Shown here: one piece after another, positions 60,369 through 64,000 of the stretch
Layout: each line of letters opens with the position of its first letter
Position numbering within the stretch: position 1 is the stretch's first letter
Assembly (NCBI RefSeq): GCF_006345805.1
Contig: NC_043003.1
Location: forward strand, 38,750,001 to 38,814,000
Direction of reading: 5' to 3'
Source of the DNA: Octopus sinensis
Lineage: Eukaryota
Length of the DNA stretch: 64,000 nucleotides
Translations under genes and position numbers: made by a program
Notes under the pieces: generated by a model
Told to the model about the DNA's origin: nothing
Databases searched by the model: none
What the model saw: the letters and a program-made list of their open reading frames with translations, nothing else

Positions 60369-60482
60369 ATTGAAGATGGTGAAATCTTTGCCACTATCAA
60401 CCAGAAGGATGGGATGGTGGAGTTCCATGACAACCCCGAGAAATACAACAGTGCTCACATGCTGTTACAGCTCAACACAGAG
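60369..60482 (+). CDS. COPS3: COPS3 exon 13 (remaining C-terminal exons not found in window)
   Basis: ttttcag|ATT...GAG|gtaagt; [38 protein letters not shown]. Confidence 0.95.
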
Positions 60483-60552
60483 GTAAGTTGAATGGGGTTG
60501 ATGAGGGGGAATAGATATGTATTTGTACACACACACACGCACATCTATCTAT

Positions 60553-60915
60553 ATAGGTGTGGCTGTGTGGTAAGAAGCATGCTTCCCAACCACATGGTTC
60601 TGGGTTCAGTCCCACCACGTGGTACCTTGGGCAAGTGTCTTCTACTATAGCCTTGTGAGTGGATTTGCCAGATGGAAACTGAAAGAGACTCAGAGTCTGT
60701 GTGCATGTCTTTGTGTCTATGTTTGTACCCCACTCCCACTTTATGACTGGTATTGGTATGTTTATGTCCCCATAACTTAGCAGCTCAGTGAAAGCGATCA
60801 CTAGAATAAATATCAGGCTTAAAAATAAAAGAACTAGAGCTGACTTATTTGACTAAAAATTCTGCAAGGCATTGCCCCAGCATGGCCAGTCAATTATTGA
60901 AATAAATAAGACAAA
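60553..60915 (+). mobile_element. tRNA-derived SINE (family 2)
   Basis: Same head, core and tail as 3483-3885; starts 70 nt downstream of COPS3 exon 13. Confidence 0.8.
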
Positions 60916-60991
60916 TGATATATTTATACACACACAAGATCTGTGTATATGCATATATCTATGTGCTTGTGTTTATGTGTCTATATGTGTT

Positions 60992-61088
<97 letters not shown>

Positions 61089-61392
61089 ATACTAATAATA
61101 ATAATGATAGCTGACATGGATGCTGGTTGTAACATCATATAGAGAGAAGGGGAGATAGAATAAAAGGGAGATATAGAAAGAGTAAACTTGAAAGATGCAA
61201 GATACTAGGCTTGTGGCAGGAAATAAGTAAATGAATGTTTTATACATAGACACACAATGGTAGGGAAAGAATCATAGAAGTATGCTTCCTAATCACATGG
61301 TTTCAAGTTCAATTCCATTGCATGACACCTTAGGCAAAACTTTTCTACTTTAGCTCCGGGGCAACTAAAACTAAAAGAAGCTTCTCTGTCTG

Positions 61393-61472
<80 letters not shown>

Positions 61473-61498
61473 ACACACACACACACACACACAATGAA

Positions 61499-61830
61499 GG
61501 CACATGGCTCGGTAATTAAAGCATTGGGCTCACAATCATGAAGAGGTAGTGAGTTTGATTCCTGGACCTGGCTGTGTGTTAGGTTCTTGAGCTAGACACT
61601 TTATTTCACTTTGCTCCAGTTCACCCAACTGTCGAAATGAGTTGTGATGTCACTGGTGCCTTTGCCCTTCCTTTGAATAACATCAGTGGCATGGAGAAGG
61701 GAGGCTTGTATGCATGGGCGACTGCTGGCCTTCCATAAACAACTTGCCTGGACTTGTGCTTTGGAGAGTAACTTTGTAGGTGCAGTCCCATAATCATTCA
61801 TGATTAAAGGGGGTCTTTACCCTTACCCTT
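61499..61830 (+). mobile_element. tRNA-derived SINE (family 4)
   Basis: Reverse-complement homolog of 9755-10092 and 42171-42487. Confidence 0.8.
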
Positions 61831-62073
61831 TATATACACACATACATATACATATATATATATATGTGTGTGTCTTTGTATCTGTGTTTGTCCTTCATTA
61901 CTGCTTGACAACTAATGTTGGTGTATTTATATCCCCATAACCTAGAGACTGATAGAATAAGTACCAGGCTTAAAGAAATAAGTACTGGGATCAATTCATT
62001 CAACTAAAATTCCTCAAGGTTGTGCCCCAGTATGGCTGCAGTCTGATGACTGAAACAAGTAAAGACAAATAAG

Positions 62074-62104
<31 letters not shown>

Positions 62105-64000
62105 GTGAGAAAGGATCTACAGACGTTGGGACTCACAGAGAGGATGACAGGGGATTGAGACTCCTGGTGGTTTGCTGTGCTGAAAAGACACATCAAGCTA
62201 GGCAAAATCATGGTTGCCCTTGATTATAGGCTCATCCCATGTGACCCTCCCCAGCTGAACATCCTTAATCTTGCGCATAAAAAGCATCCATGCCAGTGCT
62301 GTGTAAAAGTCACCCTGTACACTCTGTAAAGTGGTTGGGGTTAGGAAGGGCATCCAGCCATAGAAATCATGCTAAGACAGACATGGAGTCTGAACATCCT
62401 TCAACTGGTCAGTTCCTGTCAAATCATTAAACCCATGCTAGCATAGATAAAAGCTGTTAAATGATGATAATGATAAGGTGGGGGTTCTTTTAGTTTCTCT
62501 CTACCAAATTCACTCACAAGGATTTGGTTGGCCCAGGGCTTTGGTAGAAGACCCTTGCCCAAGATACTGCATGTTGGGACAGAATTCAAGACTACATTGT
62601 TGGGAGGAAGCATTTACCAGACAGCCATGCCTGCAGGAAAAGTGACCATTGAACTTTATTGATGTTGACTGTCTGATGGCACCTACTGTACAAAGTCAAT
62701 GCAAGATTGCATTTTTTTGATTGTTTTGCTAGAAAATCAAATTGATTTTGATGTTGGTGTTATATTTATTCAGGTTTATTACTTGTTTAACACATTGAAT
62801 AATATCACCTGTTTCCATCCTAGCATGAGTTGGGTGATTCAAAGGATTCGAATAGCCTGAGGGCAACCCAACGCCTGCTTTTGTGTGGGTTTAATGGCTG
62901 GATACCCTTTCTAATGCCAGCAATTTTGCTAGCATGTACTGGTTGCTTTCTGTATTTTTTATGGCATCGACACTAGTAAGGTCACTAACTAACTTGCAAG
63001 ACAAGTTCTCTTGACAGAGTTGGGGTACAGCCTTGAAGGAGTGTGGCTTTGTGTCAGTTGTAAAGGACAAGAACAGTTTTCTTGTTGTAGAGGAGATACA
63101 TAGGTATCCCAATTGTATATCAATTACATGACGGCCTGCTGTGCTAACCTTGGATCATAGAGTGACCTGCTGTTCTTGAGAAGACCTTTTGAGTCAAGTA
63201 CTTCAAAACCAACATCAAAATATAAATCAAATGGAAATTGTAGTTAAGATACCCGTGCTGGTGACACGGAAAAAGCTCCGTCTGAACGTGGCAGATGCCA
63301 ATGCCACCTGACTTGCGTCCATGTCAGTGATACGTAAAAGCACCAACCGACCGTGGCCATTTGCCAGCCTCCTCTGGCCCCTGTGCCGGTGGCACGTAAA
63401 AAGCACCCACTATACTCATAGAGTGGTTGGCATTAGGAAGGGCATCCAGCTGTAGAAACACTGCCAGATCAGACTGGAGCCTGGTGCAGCCTCCTGGCTT
63501 CCCAGACCCCAGTCAAACCGTCCAACCCATGCTAGCATGGAAAACGGACGTTAAACGATGGTGATGATGATGATTGACTGGGTTGACAGAACTGAAGCAC
63601 TCCGTGTTATTACCTATTATAGAGGGTTATTGAAACACAATGTTTTAAGTATTGTATGCTTTTGTAGTAGTGTCTAAAAGTGTCTCTAAACAATTTGAGG
63701 TATACAATAGCATATGAGAGAAATTAAGAGCATTTCCTCGTTTTGCTTTTTTCTGTTTTAGTTTTACATTGTTTTTGAAGCATTTCAGCGTTTTATAGGT
63801 TAAAAAACAACCTTGAGTGATATGCTCTTATGGATACACTTATAAATTATAATGAGCACTTAATCTATTGTCATTGTAAAATTGGTATGGTGATATAAAT
63901 TTTCATTTCACATCAGTTACCTTAGACAACAGATATAACTTATTCCATTCTGAATATGGCCACACACCTAGAACTGAATAAATGAGTAATTTAGTTCTCA

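Noticed and set aside
60483-64000. Final COPS3 exons
   Set aside because: No AG-flanked frame resembling the conserved C-terminal region was found; presumably beyond the window.

Overview
AT-rich, repeat-dense eukaryotic genomic DNA. The repeat families and gene structures point to a coleoid cephalopod, probably Octopus (inference). Two spliced genes are transcribed divergently. On the minus strand is a GH20 hexosaminidase D-like gene (8 exons, 12373 to 215, running off the left edge). On the plus strand is COP9 signalosome subunit 3, COPS3 (13 exons, 24601 to 60482, encoding 383 aa; the last exons were not found in the window). All these exons were read by hand, have GT-AG ends and join in frame. 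Introns and intergenic DNA hold a young 5'-truncated RTE LINE with an uninterrupted 978-codon APE-RT frame that includes a C4HC3 PHD-like finger, lying between fragments of older antisense RTE sequence. There is also a second decayed RTE, several tRNA-derived SINE families, Helitron-like, piggyBac-like and Tc1-like MITEs, Gypsy and CRE-like remnants, and microsatellites. The most interesting signals are RNA-structural. They are a complete minimal type I hammerhead ribozyme motif in a Penelope-like terminal repeat (57216-57250, minus), a second hammerhead core inside a long foldback just upstream of COPS3 exon 4, a pre-miRNA-like hairpin in a HEXD intron, two near-perfect intronic hairpins, and a SINE-derived minisatellite with higher-order structure. 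No CRISPR, rRNA or true tRNA genes were seen. Boundaries of decayed repeats are approximate.
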